Positions 11,301 through 23,471 of a DNA stretch of 64,000 nt are shown piece by piece. The notes below the pieces were generated by a model, which was given only the letters and a program-made list of their open reading frames with translations, was not told the origin of the DNA and made no database searches. The number at the start of each line of letters is the position of its first letter. Positions within the stretch are counted from its first letter, which is position 1. This DNA comes from Klebsormidium nitens. Lineage: Eukaryota > Plantae > Klebsormidiophyceae. The DNA is taken from NCBI GenBank assembly GCA_000708835.1, contig DF237091.1, positions 1 through 64,000 on the forward strand, written 5' to 3'. The position numbers were made by a program, and so were the translations under genes.

Positions 11301-14300
11301 ATGGGACCAAAGACGAAGTCTAATCTTGGTAGAGAAGCAATTCATTGCAATCTTGACCTCTACCTTACCATCCGACCATGCAATCTGAACGCGAACCAGA
11401 GGAAGCAAGTTCGGAACCCCACCGGGACAATTGCTGCTGTTCGTACAGCCAGTCAATTGAAGTTCCCATCCCAAATGAGAACTCCTTGCAAGTTTGTTCT
11501 CGGGGAAAACGAAAACAACATTTGCCAAAGCAAAGCCAATCCTCTTCCCAGGACCCACCTCGCGAGAATGTCGCTGGTCGAACAGCCCCCGCACCGCGCC
11601 CCCCATCTCGTAGCAATGCCCGCACATGTCAAACCCCAGCGCCTCTTGGCAGCCCTTGCACTGATACCGCTCCCCAACGATCGGACTCTGCCCGCACCCA
11701 TCGCATCCCACCCCGAAATGCACCACGTATTTTGGGCCCAAGTCTTCAAGAAGGCGTTCCGTCATCGCGCGGAGGTTGAAGGGCTCCCCCCGTCGGACGA
11801 GATCGGCGTGCGCAGAAAGGAGGAGGGAGCGGGTGCGGGACATGGCGGCCTGGACGGTGGGGGGGCGCTCCGGGGGAGGAGCTGCGGGGAAGGGGACACT
11901 GTCAGGCGTTTGGCGTGATTTTGCTGGCTCTTCGGGAGAAAAACGGTCAAAGGCCGCGGAAATACGTAAATCAAGACAAAACGGAAGCAGTTGTAGCTCT
12001 TGGGTGAAATTACCCCTCCCAAAGGAGCCGTCGGAGAGCTACCAACGACGAACCGACTGATGACGGCGAAATCGAAGAGGTTGACCTCCGGGAGGAGGAC
12101 TCCGACGAGCCAGGTCCTGGCCGTTCAAAGTACCCCGACATTATGGACGACCACTCCGTCTTAGAGTACCTGGAGGACGGATAAGCTACAGAAGGGTGCA
12201 AGAACAGGAAGGGGATACAAAATTTAGCAGCATCTCTGAAGCATCTGAAAATCTTCTGAACGCAGTTGGATTTCGCAAACTCCCCGGTTAAGAAAGCAGG
12301 CATCTAGACATGATCACGGAGCGCCTACCAGAAATGATCTCTGACAAGGCCCCCGAACGCGTCAAGCGCAGCACAAAACCAGATACAAGAAAGAATTTCG
12401 AAGCTTCAACCAAGCTACAAAAGCTTACCCGTTGGCTCTGCTGCCCCACTTGATGCTTCCTGCGCCGCCGCTTCCCGTGCTCGGGCTGCGGACGCTTCTG
12501 GAAACGCTCTGGAAACTAGATCGGCGATGGTTGCACAGGGGACCAGGTTGCCCGGGCTCTCTGCTTGCATGATGCGGCAGAGGGGGCAGCGTGGGTCCGA
12601 GGAGCGGGTGCGGATGCACGAGAGGCAGAAAACTGCGGAGGACCACAATATGAGTATGGTTGGAGAAACAGTGTTTTCGTCCATTTGATTTTTGGAAGCT
12701 GTGAGGACACTTGGGGAAGGGGGAACATCGAGACGGCACAAGACAATCAGTAAAAGGTGGCGAAAGAACGAATGGGGAGAGTAGATGCAAATTGAAACCG
12801 TGGCAGATCGTTTGCACGCATATCATGCAGGATTCGGAATCGATGCCTCCAATCACAGCAAAGAGTAGCTTCTCGAACATGTCCCAAACCCTCAAAAGGA
12901 AATGTGCGTTTACTGTGTCCACATATCCATCGTCCAAAATCTTGTGTCCAACACTCTCTCCTCACCGTGTCCGCAGACAAGAACGGAAGGGTCGTGCAAG
13001 AGCCGCGAACAGAGTTTGCACCCAAAGTCGACACCCCGAAACGCAAACTTCGTCTCCGGACCCGCGTATGGATACGGACGCCGCTGACCGCCGCTGGTGG
13101 AGGCTCCGGACGGTCCGTTAAGTCTCAGAACCGCCCCAGTTGCGCCGCCGCTGAGAAACTGGTTAGGAGGTTGTTCCGAGCTGGATGTCTGGGCGATATC
13201 GAAGGTTTCGGCTGGAGGTTGAGGTCGGGGGGATGGTTCGAGAAGAACCGGGTCCGTTTCGAGGTCTTCTGCGGCGATCTCTCGTCGCTCCCTGTCCGCT
13301 GCAATCAACATGGGGAAGTTGACAATCGAGGAGAAGTAAGGCACCGACAACTTCCTTTGATAACATTCATTATGAGACACGTTTACGTATCTCGATCATC
13401 TAACACTCTGATTCATGGGCAAGGAAGATGTCGGTGTTGGATCGCAATCTGTCAACTGACCAGCAAAACAAGCCTATGCCTTTTTCCAAGCATAGTGCCA
13501 TCACAGACACGTCGACAACTATCTTACACATCACATAACGTTCCTTTTAAGAGGGCCTTCGAAATGGTCACTTCCGTCAGCAAGTCCACCGCCCTTGAAC
13601 TAGGGGGGTCTGGGGCCCAAGCTTGTGACTCCCCCCCCCACTCTCCAGGTATGTACCCTACGACCAAGTGATCGAAATAGCATTGCAACCTCAATCTTAA
13701 CGCCCAGAACGCCCTTGTTTGAAGTACGAAATGGATGATCCGCTGCCCACCTAGGATCTCAGCCTGGCGCTCTCTGTACTCTATGGGGAATGCATTCCCC
13801 AAGAAGAAGTGGAGGAGGCCGCACGTGCGTGCCAGGTGGCCATATTCGCGACGGCAGAGGGGGCAGTTGGACTCAGACACGTTGTTCATGCTCTGGTGCA
13901 GACACCAGAAGCAGAACATGTGCTGGCACACATTGACAGCGGGCTTGAAGACTAGGTCCCTGCAATGAAAAAAGCAAGGTCCATCGAATTGTCTTCAGCT
14001 CCAAGCAAGAAACTTGATATTAAACGGCTGCCTTATCAGTCATCTCCAGTCAGAATCCAGTAGAATGCCTTTCAGTGCCTTGGTAAAAAAAGCATGTTTC
14101 CTGGGTCTGCACTTTGCCCAATTATTTCTCACATCGGAAAGGCTTCCAGGATCTCAGCTTCTTCTAAGTGACACGAAAATCTGTTCATAGAAAAGGTGGC
14201 AGAATCAGGGAGAATGTTCACAATCACAAGTAGTTCTGGTATAATGGAATCGATGGCAGGAATGTGCCTCTAAAACAAGAAGCTGCAATGAGAGTCCCTG

Positions 14301-15101
14301 TAATCAAACTGGTAGCCTGGGTGGCAGATTCACTAGACTCTCACTAACTCAAATCTCAAGGTACTCGAATGACGGTCTCCAGAAAACATACCCACTCACG
14401 GAATCATTAGCCTTAGGTACAGAGGAAAAGCAAGCAAACCTGCTAGGGCAGGTAACTGAACAGCCTCCAATAGATAGAGCCAATCCCAAAAAGTTCGAGT
14501 ACACCACAGCCAACCGATGAGCTATTGTGCCATTTCCCAAAAAGGACTTTCCACCCATTAGAAGCGAGAGTTCTCTTCCGTCATCAGACCTATCTGCATT
14601 CCAGCCAGATTTGGCTGGACGTACTATCAACTAGTAGTATAGAATTTGTCTCTGCTCCAATGAAGGGCACCCGTGCAAAGTGGGGCGCCACCAAGGGTGC
14701 TCGATTGTAAACCTATTGCCAAGTGCAAAGTCAGAACTTAGCTGTCCCGTCAACCACTTCTGTTCACTACTTGTACGATACGGGCCTCTAGATCAGAGCG
14801 CCTTCTAAGAAACCTTCTTTCAGGCGCAGCGCTGGGCATGCACGAGTGTCATCAACTGGATGGAGAAATCATGAAAGCTGCTGGAAAATGCAAGCCTGGA
14901 CAAGCCTAAAGCGGGCGCAAAATTAGTGGACTATGATCTCTAATGCTCCTGCAAGGTTTCAAGTCCTCCTACAAACTTGCCAGAACATCTCAGCAATCAT
15001 CAAATCTCACCAAGAGCGTCTACAATTGACATCCACACTTACTTGCAAATGGCGCACTCGTATTCCTCCACACGGGGCTGAAATGCCGGCGCCAGCTCCA
15101 T
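2342..15101 (-). CDS. PRT1: PRT1 N-degron E3 ubiquitin ligase (RING-RING-ZZ) with long disordered C-terminal extension, about 1101 aa
   Basis: Exons 15101-15043, 13959-13751, 13298-12966, 12632-12429, 11881-11559, 4829-4639, 4389-4348, 4286-2342; all GT-AG, 3306 nt, phases compatible. RING1 CAICKDLVFKPAVNVCQHMFCFWCLHQSM..CPLCR resembles Arabidopsis PRT1. RING2 is CKLC..CGHVFCLSC..CPLC. ZZ is HFGVGCDGCGQSPIVGERYQCKGC..FDMCGHC..FDQRHSRE|H, with the last ZZ His supplied by the 4829 exon. Confidence 0.85.
4830..11558 (-). pseudogene. 6.7-kb PRT1 intron containing serial decayed copies of PRT1 exon 6
   Basis: Segments at 4960-5050, 5236-5334, 5721-5816, 9201-9362 and 10322-10447 translate to degenerate versions of HRVVKIPPLAALTSRHFGIDPYRVLFTNPELPY..LEFLL (by-eye alignment). 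Confidence 0.7.
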
Positions 15102-15708
15102 GCTGGTGCTACCTTGAGCGAGCTGCCTTTCCATCTGTCGACAGGACGTCCTTCCTAGAGGTAGCGAACCCCAATTGATCACAATCCTGTTTCCTGCTTT
15201 CTTGTCCCAACAACGGAAACTTAAGGTATGAAACGAGCGAGACCTCTGGCCTCTTGGTATATGCTATAACTTCTCCCGAAGCAGTGACTAGGGGAGACAC
15301 CAGCCTGAGGGTACCGCTAAGCAGACTCAGACGCTAGGGGTGGAGCTTTAGGGACGCCATTGTGGAGCAACAAAACTGCTCATTTAGCTGTGGCCACAAG
15401 CCAGGAGACGTGTCTGCGGATCTCGCCCTCTGCGTGGAACCCTAAAAAAGCTGACAAAAATGTCTTGAGAGGCTGCAGCAGCTGTTTCAAGATTTAGGGT
15501 TTGACTGTCAAGCATTTGAGAGTCGTTGGCCCTCTCCATTGGCCCTCTCCATTTGAGAGTCGTCGCTCTCTCTCCCTCTCCCTCTCTCGTCTCTCTCTCT
15601 TCCAGGTTCCATCTCAATTAGGCCCAAGAGCATCTAACCGCATGGTTGCAGTTCCCCTCGGCAACAGGTTTGAGAGTGTAGTCCTTGTGAAGAGCCCATC
15701 ACCTGAAA
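15102..15708. promoter_or_regulatory. Bidirectional promoter region between PRT1 and Aladin with telo-box and CT/GA tract
   Basis: The ATGs are head-to-head, 608 bp apart. Telo-box ttagggttt at 15494-15502, aaccctaa at 15438-15445, short direct repeats (ttggccctctcca x2, catttgagagtcgt x2) and a CT microsatellite at about 15565-15600. Confidence 0.6.
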
Positions 15709-18700
15709 ATGGCGCGAAGCATACCAGACGTGGAGGAGGCAACCGTATGTGAGGTCAATCGAGGATTGGGTGAGTATTTTAAACATCTGTTGAAAAGCAG
15801 TGGAGGGGAATCGTTTGAGGATGCACGTGCCTGGTACTTCAGCACGAGGTATCTGGCCAATGCTGATGCTGCTTTGTCAGTTGATTGTTGAGTGGTGCAC
15901 GAATGCTTGACGAAGTCACTCGTTTTCATGGTGTATTCCCCCACATTGCCGTTAAAGGGCGCCTAGATGAAGATGCTCTCTTGCGCAGCGAGAATTGAGG
16001 TGGAGTGCAGTTGCTGCGACTATTTGCCTTTGAAACCCAGAGGTTTGCTGCTTGATTCGTCCAACGTTTTTCATGAATTGTTTGGCTGCTCAATGCAGTC
16101 CATGTCCGCAGAGGCGATGCGCAGGCTCTCCAGGATGTCCAGAACTCTATTCAGGTGACTTTCTTTTGTCTAGAAGAGTTTATCTTCAGTTTATACCGTA
16201 GATTGCGATCATGAGTGTTTGTGGAATCCACCACCACCAACATCATTTTTCAAAGGCAGGATGCTCATTTACAATCTAAAGGGCCAGAACAATGTACGAA
16301 GTTTCCTGTGCCGCCACCATCAGCTTAGGGGCACTTCGAGAACCATGTGCGGAAAGCATGTATGAACCAAACTCATCAATGTTGGAGATTGTCATCTTCC
16401 AATTGTCCTGCAATTCTCCAAACCTTGTGCATTTCATTGTTTTCTATCCTGACCAGGGCGCACTGGTTCGTTTGTCAACTGGTGCAGAGTTGTCATGTCG
16501 TCTGGATTCTAGAGATCTGGAAGTTGCAGACAAATCTTTGTGGCCTCCTTCAAAGGTTTCTCAATAAGAAAAGTGACCTTCTTGCAGGCCTACCTCTACC
16601 CCACGCTCACCATCGACCTGAAGGACCCCACCGACCTCCTCGTTGATACAGTACCCATCCTTTCTTACTGGGGGGCAACAAAGGAGGCGCCAGCCGCCAA
16701 GTCACTCCCAGCTCCCGGTGGCCCCCCATCTGAAACCTCTCCAAAAGATACCCCCTCGTCAAGTCATGCCGCAACCTCTCAAACTGGGAGCCCATCCCAA
16801 GAAGGGGTGCAGAACAGCACACAACCTAAACTCGCTCTCCAGCAGCTGCAGACATTGGTCCTCACCCTAGTTGCTCGCGCCAGGTCGGCTTTGGGACCTC
16901 TTATCTCAGGACCCCCGCCGACGCTGCTCGAAACAGGGCCTCTACGAGATCTTAGCTGGCACAGCGCAAAGCAGAGGCTGGCAGTCATTGGCCCCTTTGA
17001 TCGCATCCTGCTGTATGACCTGGAAGCGCGAGGAGAGGCAGCGGCGACCCCCGGAGTACTGGCGCACGAGTTTCAGAAGGGGGCAGCTATGGTGCGGTGG
17101 CGGCCCAAGGCGGCGGGGGGCCTGGCAGTGGCATGCAGGTGCGCATCGTATGCTTCATTTGCTGTGATGTGTTCTAGGGTGACTGGCGTCACGTTTGAAA
17201 TGTCGAGTAGCTTGCTGGTGGAACCGACCGGGTGCACCCAGAGTGGCACACGTATATTTTTTTCTTTCCAAACAAAGTGTTCTCTTTCACTCTTGCTTTG
17301 TTCCTTATTGATGAGGCCAAGCCAACCTCGTGTTGTCCCTCGCACGAATGGCCGCGTACTTTAGAAGCATTTAAGGTGCTGAACCGAGTCGTTTGTCACT
17401 TGGGACTTAGTGGCTTTATAATGTGGACGGCGGCTTGTAGCAGCGGCGGCCTTGATATTCTTTGTCCTCATGACTGGGTCAGGTGAACTACGCCTGAGTA
17501 GTATCGGCCTGCACAATTACCATTGCTCTTTTCTCCTTCCTCATAAAACCCCTCTTTACTTCCCATTCTCCAGGACCGGTGTCTGCTTTTGGACTCTCAC
17601 CCCCCCCGTCCACATCTGCCCCCTCTCCCCCTCCCCCGCCGTCCGCGGCAGCCCCTCCGTCCGCCACCGAAAGCCCCTCCAAGCCACGATGGTCTTCTTC
17701 CAAAGCCCCTCGGGGGCCCCTTTCACAGCGGTAGAGTGGAGCCCCGACGGCCGGCTTCTGGCCGCCTCTAGTTCGCTGGACAGTAGCATCATGGTGTATG
17801 ACGTGGCAACGGGCGCGGGGGCGCCACTTCGGCGGGGGCTCGGGGGCGAGGCGCTGCTGCGGTGGGCGCCGTCGGGGGACTACTTCTTCTCGGCGAAGAT
17901 GTGAGGGGGTTTGTATTTTGTTTGGGACTCTGCTTCTGCAGCGGTGTTTGGAAGCTTCGTTGGCAGGGCGGGGGATCGAAAGTGTTCCAAGCGCGGCGTC
18001 AGATGGGGCTCGTTTCTCTACGAGAAGCGCTACTTTTATATCTAGGGGGGTAGCTATAGTCTGTGTCATTGATGAAAGTTTTGTAGCCGACGTCAGAGAA
18101 GCACTCTTCCCGCCCTTTGTGCATCAGTCAGTGAGTCCTGACCTCTCCAGAACACGTCGTCTATCAGAAATTTTGAATGAACGAAGCCCGCAAGCCTTCC
18201 CCTTCTCGCTCAGTTGTTCGGATGTTCACTTCTGAAAGTAGAAGGTATACTCGAAAGCCTGAAAGCACGAGGCATACTCGTCGTCAATGAAAAGCAACTC
18301 TCTGAGATAAATTCCCAAATCAAGTCGACAACGGATTCACCTCGTACTTTCAGAGTCGCTTTTCCACTTGCTTATGCTCCAAAGCATCAGCCGCTGAACG
18401 TTGCTCACATGCAGGAACGGCAACTTCCACCTGTGGGAGACAACACGCTGGACGTCAGAACCGTGGGCCTCGCAGAGCGGCCGGGTCGTGGTACGTATTT
18501 CTGTGGTCTCGTCCGAAACGGTCTCCGGTGTCGTCGTCCTTTGCTTACATCGCCGCTTCCTGAAGGCATTGCCTTTTTGTCCTGGTGAAAGCTTCAGCTG
18601 CTTTTCACTTTTTCCTGGTGAAAGCTTCAGCTCCTGTTCAATTTGTTGCGTCTTCTGCTGTAGTTCTTGGCACCGTTATGCTCAATCTTCTACTCGAACC

Positions 18701-20908
18701 GACGCCTATGTAAGTTCCGTGGCTAAGTGAAACGGGAGCCGTTCGATCAAACGAGTTCCTCCAGACAGCATGCATCAAGCATCCACTATGAGCCGGCATT
18801 TCGGCCCTAGAAGCGCAGGTCGCAAACGGCCGAGGCTTTTTGAGAATCAGAGGTGCAGAAGGCTTACTTCAGCGTGGTTGATGAGCAGGTTTGACGAGAC
18901 GGGCTCACGGGTCCTCGTTGGGACTCTGAATATCCTAGTCATTATATTTGCTCCCCTTTCGTTCTCGCCGAAATTTGGTCGCTTCTCGTTCTGCAAGATT
19001 CTGCGAGATTTGGGAAGCATTGGATCAGCGTCTTGGCTGGTCTTTTGTGTCGATTTGGATCGTCACAGCTTTCTGTGACGCAGCCTGTGCGAGCGGACTG
19101 CTCCAAGGTCGGGCTCAGGCAACGGTCCGTCAGAACGAAAAATTTGGTGCCCGCTTGGAAGGATGGATCTCACCATCCTATGGAATATGGGCTCAAAAAT
19201 CTTGACGGTCACCTTTAGGAAGTACAACGTTCTTCCTCTACAGGCGGCCGCATGGAGCCCCGACAGCCGCGCGCTGCTCCTTGCCTTCGAAAACAGCACG
19301 ACGCTAGGAGCGATCCACTTGACCGGGAAAGTGCCCTCTTTAGGTAAGCCGTTTCTGTTTCGTAGGTGGTGTGATCGCATTGACATGGAGGGTATCGAGG
19401 GGCCTCAGATTTTGACATAGTCCTGGGGCAAACGCGTGTACTGTATATGACACTAGGATCTCAAGCGCGCGGACTGCCAGTCACGAGCTTCATTCTTGCT
19501 TCAGAAGTGCACCACAAGGGTTCTTAAACGGCAACTTTGATCCGACCAGAAAAGTAGGTGCATCCTGTGTGCATGGAAGCGGACCGCATTCGCTTGGCCC
19601 ATTTTTGCAGCGGCAATCCGATTTGTATATTTTGAGGTCGGAATTGAAGCCTCGAAGATTCGCAGATTAGTCGTTGACTGTAGGGAAACCACACAGTCGT
19701 GGCAATCAAAGGTGGTCGAGCAACTTCCAAATCACAAAGTTCTGTTGTTTGTGGGCTTCAATCACGCTTTTTTTCTAGAAATTGGACGCGCAAAACATGA
19801 GGCCTTGTTTTCCGTCCAAGCAGACGCGCACCTCATACCCCTAGAGCTCCCTGAAGTCGAAGCCCTGGCCAGCAGGGCCTGCCCCAACCCGGGCATAGAG
19901 CATATGGCCTGGGACGCGGGGGGGGACCGCCTCGCGGTCTCATACCGGGGGGGTGACGAGCAAACGGGCGGGCTTGTAGCTGTGTATGATACGAGGCGAA
20001 CGCCCGTCGTGGCCGCTTCCTTCATGTGAGACGTTGTTTGATCTTGGGACCCTACCGTTTCCTGAGCTTCCAAGACCCTTCATCGAGATCCGGTCAGAAA
20101 CCTGTCAGAACTCACTGCCTAGTAACGGTGCTTCACATTTGCCGATCCGCCTTCTCGTCAGTCCGTCCTAATTCTGCGGGACGGCTGTGACAAGGTTTTC
20201 ACCGCTGATTTGTATTTAAAAAGTTCTGATGGACTAGCCCTACAATGCCAAACGGTGGAAACATTGATTTTCGTGCACGCTAGGACGATGTTTCCGCCCG
20301 ACGTATGTCAGCTGAACGCAACTCCTTCAACCTTCTCACCGATCAAAATTCACCGACGTTCTTTGGAATGATTTCATGCCAACAATCACAGGAGAAGGCT
20401 CGAACTATTCTCGTCTCGTTTGTACTCTTCGCATCCGTGCAACTCGCATTTGATCTTTGTAACAACCGCTTTCCCCAGCTCCATATGCAACGTCGAAGAT
20501 AACATTGTCCATTGTGATGCAGCGGACTTATCCGCGGACCGAAAGCAGACTCCCGGCCGCTGTCCCTCTCCTTCTTCAACAGATTTGCCCGTGGCTCGCT
20601 GTTAGCGGTGGTAAGTCGCTCCTTCGTAAATCTGCTTCACGATTTCAGCAATTGACATGGCGAGCAACGGTCTTCTCTTTTCGAATTCAGGCGGCGATAC
20701 TGATGGTCAGGGCGTTGTGATGAAGCTGCAGGACAGATACGCTTTTGACAAACAAGGCTCCTTCTTTCGAAGGCACAATTCGGAGAAGCTGATTCAACCC
20801 GCTGATATGAGTCAGAAGCACTCCGTCGGCCGTTTGATTGATTGTTTTCTGCAGGCCTGGAGCTCTTCCCAAATCTCGGTCTACCCTCTACTCTATAAAG
20901 GTCGATGA
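15709..20908 (+). CDS. AAAS: Aladin (AAAS) WD40 nucleoporin
   Basis: Exons 15709-15769, 16099-16154, 16588-17138, 17574-17900, 18415-18490, 19244-19343, 19824-20025, 20523-20610, 20855-20908. Peptides TVCEVNRGL, GAGAPLRRGLGG..LRWAPSGDYFFSA, LWETTRWTSEPW, DAHLIPLELPEV and AWDAGGDRLAVSYRGGDE..VYDTRRTPVV match plant ALADIN. Confidence 0.93.
18580..18632 (+). repeat. 20-bp direct repeat (period 33) in an Aladin intron
   Basis: tcctggtgaaagcttcagct occurs at 18580-18599 and 18613-18632. Confidence 0.9.
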
Positions 20909-22119
20909 GCAGGCGTCTTCCAGCTTGGTGCACAGCGCGGCAGCTTGGCTGGACATTGAGCAGTATCAAATCACGTTTTACACGCACGTTCGTCACTTCT
21001 TTGATGTAGATTGAGAGTTGGTAATCTCGTTGAAAAGTGGTCTTTGGAAGCGAGTGTACCTCGAGTCCTCCTACAATTGCAGTCTGCAGGCGTGCTGTGT
21101 TTGTCACATGTCCTGTAGGCGGTCATCTTAGCCTGGCTGCACACGGGGCGCTCCTTGAAGATCGAAGAGGAATGATCGTGACATTGGGCTGCGCTGCCGC
21201 GCGCTGTGTGACCGTATGCTCATCTGCTGATTGTTGGAGGGTGCGGCCTCATATGACCACCATGTTGGATGTACGGTAATATAACATACTAACAGCCGCT
21301 CATGAGCTCATGAGCCCATGCTGACTGACCGCGTCCGAACGTTCACCGGGATCTCGAGAGAGATGATCATACGCGTAACGTCTCCGATCCGATTGGTCCT
21401 TATGACGGTCGGACATAAGATTGTATAAAATTCACTGCGTGCATCATGAACATTGCCCGTAAACACAACCCGGCCATATGTCGCAATCATTTCCAGCTTT
21501 ACCGTTGAAGAGTAAAGCCGGAAAGGCAAGTTGTAGAGGCTTATCTCAGAGCGCTTAAGATCGATGACATAGTCAGCTAGAATACATTGGCGCGAATAAA
21601 CTCAAATTGACTCAATATCGCAGCTTCATGCGCGCTACTGTGTCTATGAAATTAACGCGTACGTCTAGACGTCTGCAATCATCATGAAATCTGAGTAGAA
21701 TGGCACCTTACAATGTAGCAGGCGGCCAGCTTTCCATGGCCTCCGACATGATTGATTAATGCTGTGAAGCCGAGCTGTGAAGCTTAATGCAGCCTGGCTA
21801 AACTAGAACGCTCAGCGCTCGCCGCTGGCATTTTGCTGACATGAATTACATACTCAAGAAACACAAAGTTCAAAAACAAAAGCTAGAGACCATGGAAGCC
21901 AGCCTTGAAGTTGCTTCTTCGAACACGGTTGATATCAGCGCGGACTGCCAGCAATCAGGACATACTACTTCTGCACTGCTTCGGAAGCTATGGCAGCTAG
22001 CTGAGTGGGAGCTGAATCATGCCATTGGAAGAAGGAGACCCAACACCCGATCGGGCAGCCAAAGGTGGAATCCTCCGGAGTTCTTGAAATTCTTGACGAT
22101 GTATACACAGTACTTTGGA

Positions 22120-23151
22120 TCATGTCTTATCATCTTCCTTTTGAAGCTTGGTCCTATCTCTCAACCAGACTCTCACCTCACCAGCCTTTGCCTCAAACCG
22201 CCCCAGATTTCCAATGCTCTGCTTGAAGGGAGAGTTCGTCAATTGAAGGACCAACTTGACTGCTGTGCTCAGTTCAGAAACCCCTTGTACACGGCTGTGC
22301 TTCCCCCACCCGGTGACTATCCGCACAACCAGTGGACTCTCGACTGTACTCAATCGCTTTCTGACCTCGCAGAACCATGCCAGCAACAAAACCTGCCCCC
22401 CATCAACGTCGGCCCCATGCAAATCCAGCTTCCACTCACTATCTGAAAACTGCCAGAGTCCAATTAGATCTTGCCTCTTGTGTTCCTTCAACAGCCTTTC
22501 AGAAACTTGAGCTGGCCCCAATGAGTCTAGTAGATCTAGAATTGAAGAAAGTCCTTTTCTGCCCATGCCTTTCCTTGTCCACACACTAGCAAGCTTTCTC
22601 AGAACGTCCGAGTCAATCCGTTTACCTTGGATAAAACGCTGCCTGAGGAGGCAGATTATGTTATCTAAACTGAGGGGGGGACTAGATTTCGGCTGCGGAG
22701 TGTACAGCGAGGCTTGCAGATCATCAGCAGCTTTGATGATTGCTTTCGAACCTGCCTCTTCTAGGCTTTCCCTTGGCACGGCATTTCTGTTGTAAGAACC
22801 ACAAGGGATGCTGCTCAGCACATGTGATGCACGGAAGCATGTTGACACTGAGAATCTACCTGCTCCTGGGAAGACAAGCCTACACAGTTGCCGGGAGAGT
22901 ACAGTGTGCGAACCTCCAGGGCTTACAGTCTGCACATTCTGCACAATTTTGCAGCATTGATTGGTGTCAGTTTGAAGCATCGGCATAAAGCGCGAGCTGG
23001 GTCTTCTGGCTGCAAAGCTGACATTTTGATCTTGAAAACGCGTGAGCAACCGCCTTTCTACCACCTCTTTTATGCCGCCGCCTCCTAGCGGGACACACCG
23101 CTTAGCGAAGAAGTCAATAAGCTGTCTGAGAGGGTTAGCCAGGCGCCTCAT
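22120..23151 (-). CDS. SMR-domain protein resembling the C-terminus of GUN1-type PPR-SMR proteins, with no clear PPR tract
   Basis: WKLDLHG..QVLLLAWF..VRIVTGWGKHSRVQG..AVKLVLQLTNSPF...NLGRF.....VRVWLRD matches the plant PPR-SMR SMR consensus. The ORF is 343 aa from an ATG; the true 5' structure is uncertain. Confidence 0.75.
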   Translation of the reverse strand: MRRLANPLRQLIDFFAKRCVPLGGGGIKEVVERRLLTRFQDQNVSFAARRPSSRFMPMLQTDTNQCCKIVQNVQTVSPGGSHTVLSRQLCRLVFPGAGRFSVSTCFRASHVLSSIPCGSYNRNAVPRESLEEAGSKAIIKAADDLQASLYTPQPKSSPPLSLDNIICLLRQRFIQGKRIDSDVLRKLASVWTRKGMGRKGLSSILDLLDSLGPAQVSERLLKEHKRQDLIGLWQFSDSEWKLDLHGADVDGGQVLLLAWFCEVRKRLSTVESPLVVRIVTGWGKHSRVQGVSELSTAVKLVLQLTNSPFKQSIGNLGRFEAKAGEVRVWLRDRTKLQKEDDKT

Positions 23152-23471
23152 ATTGGAAACATACCCACTTTCTCCAGAATTTACCAGGGAGAAATATAAT
23201 GCTTGAGTGCAGTGCTAGGTGCAGCTGTTATAGATGTCAACAGGAGGTAGCAACATTCTCCACGTTTGCCACTGTTTGGAAATTGGCATGCTCTCATTGC
23301 ATTCATGACACTTGCTGCGCAGCAAGTACAAGCGCAAGTACAAGCGCTCTGTTCTGCTCCAAATGCACGGTTGCGCTAACCCGGAAATTTCTTTGCTACC
23401 GGGTTGTACCGTGTGCCACTCGGTGCCACTTCCACGGTTCTCAAAATAGTACAAACATTGAGGGATCAAAC

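Noticed and set aside
12040-12183. Plus-strand acidic peptide resembling a Ty3/gypsy pol linker (DIMDDHSVLEYLEDG)
   Set aside because: No RT, RNase H, integrase or LTR nearby. The minus strand resembles PRT1 exon 5 (IMS..RR..RRLLWEG vs AMS..RR..ERLLEDLG), so a ghost exon is the simpler explanation.
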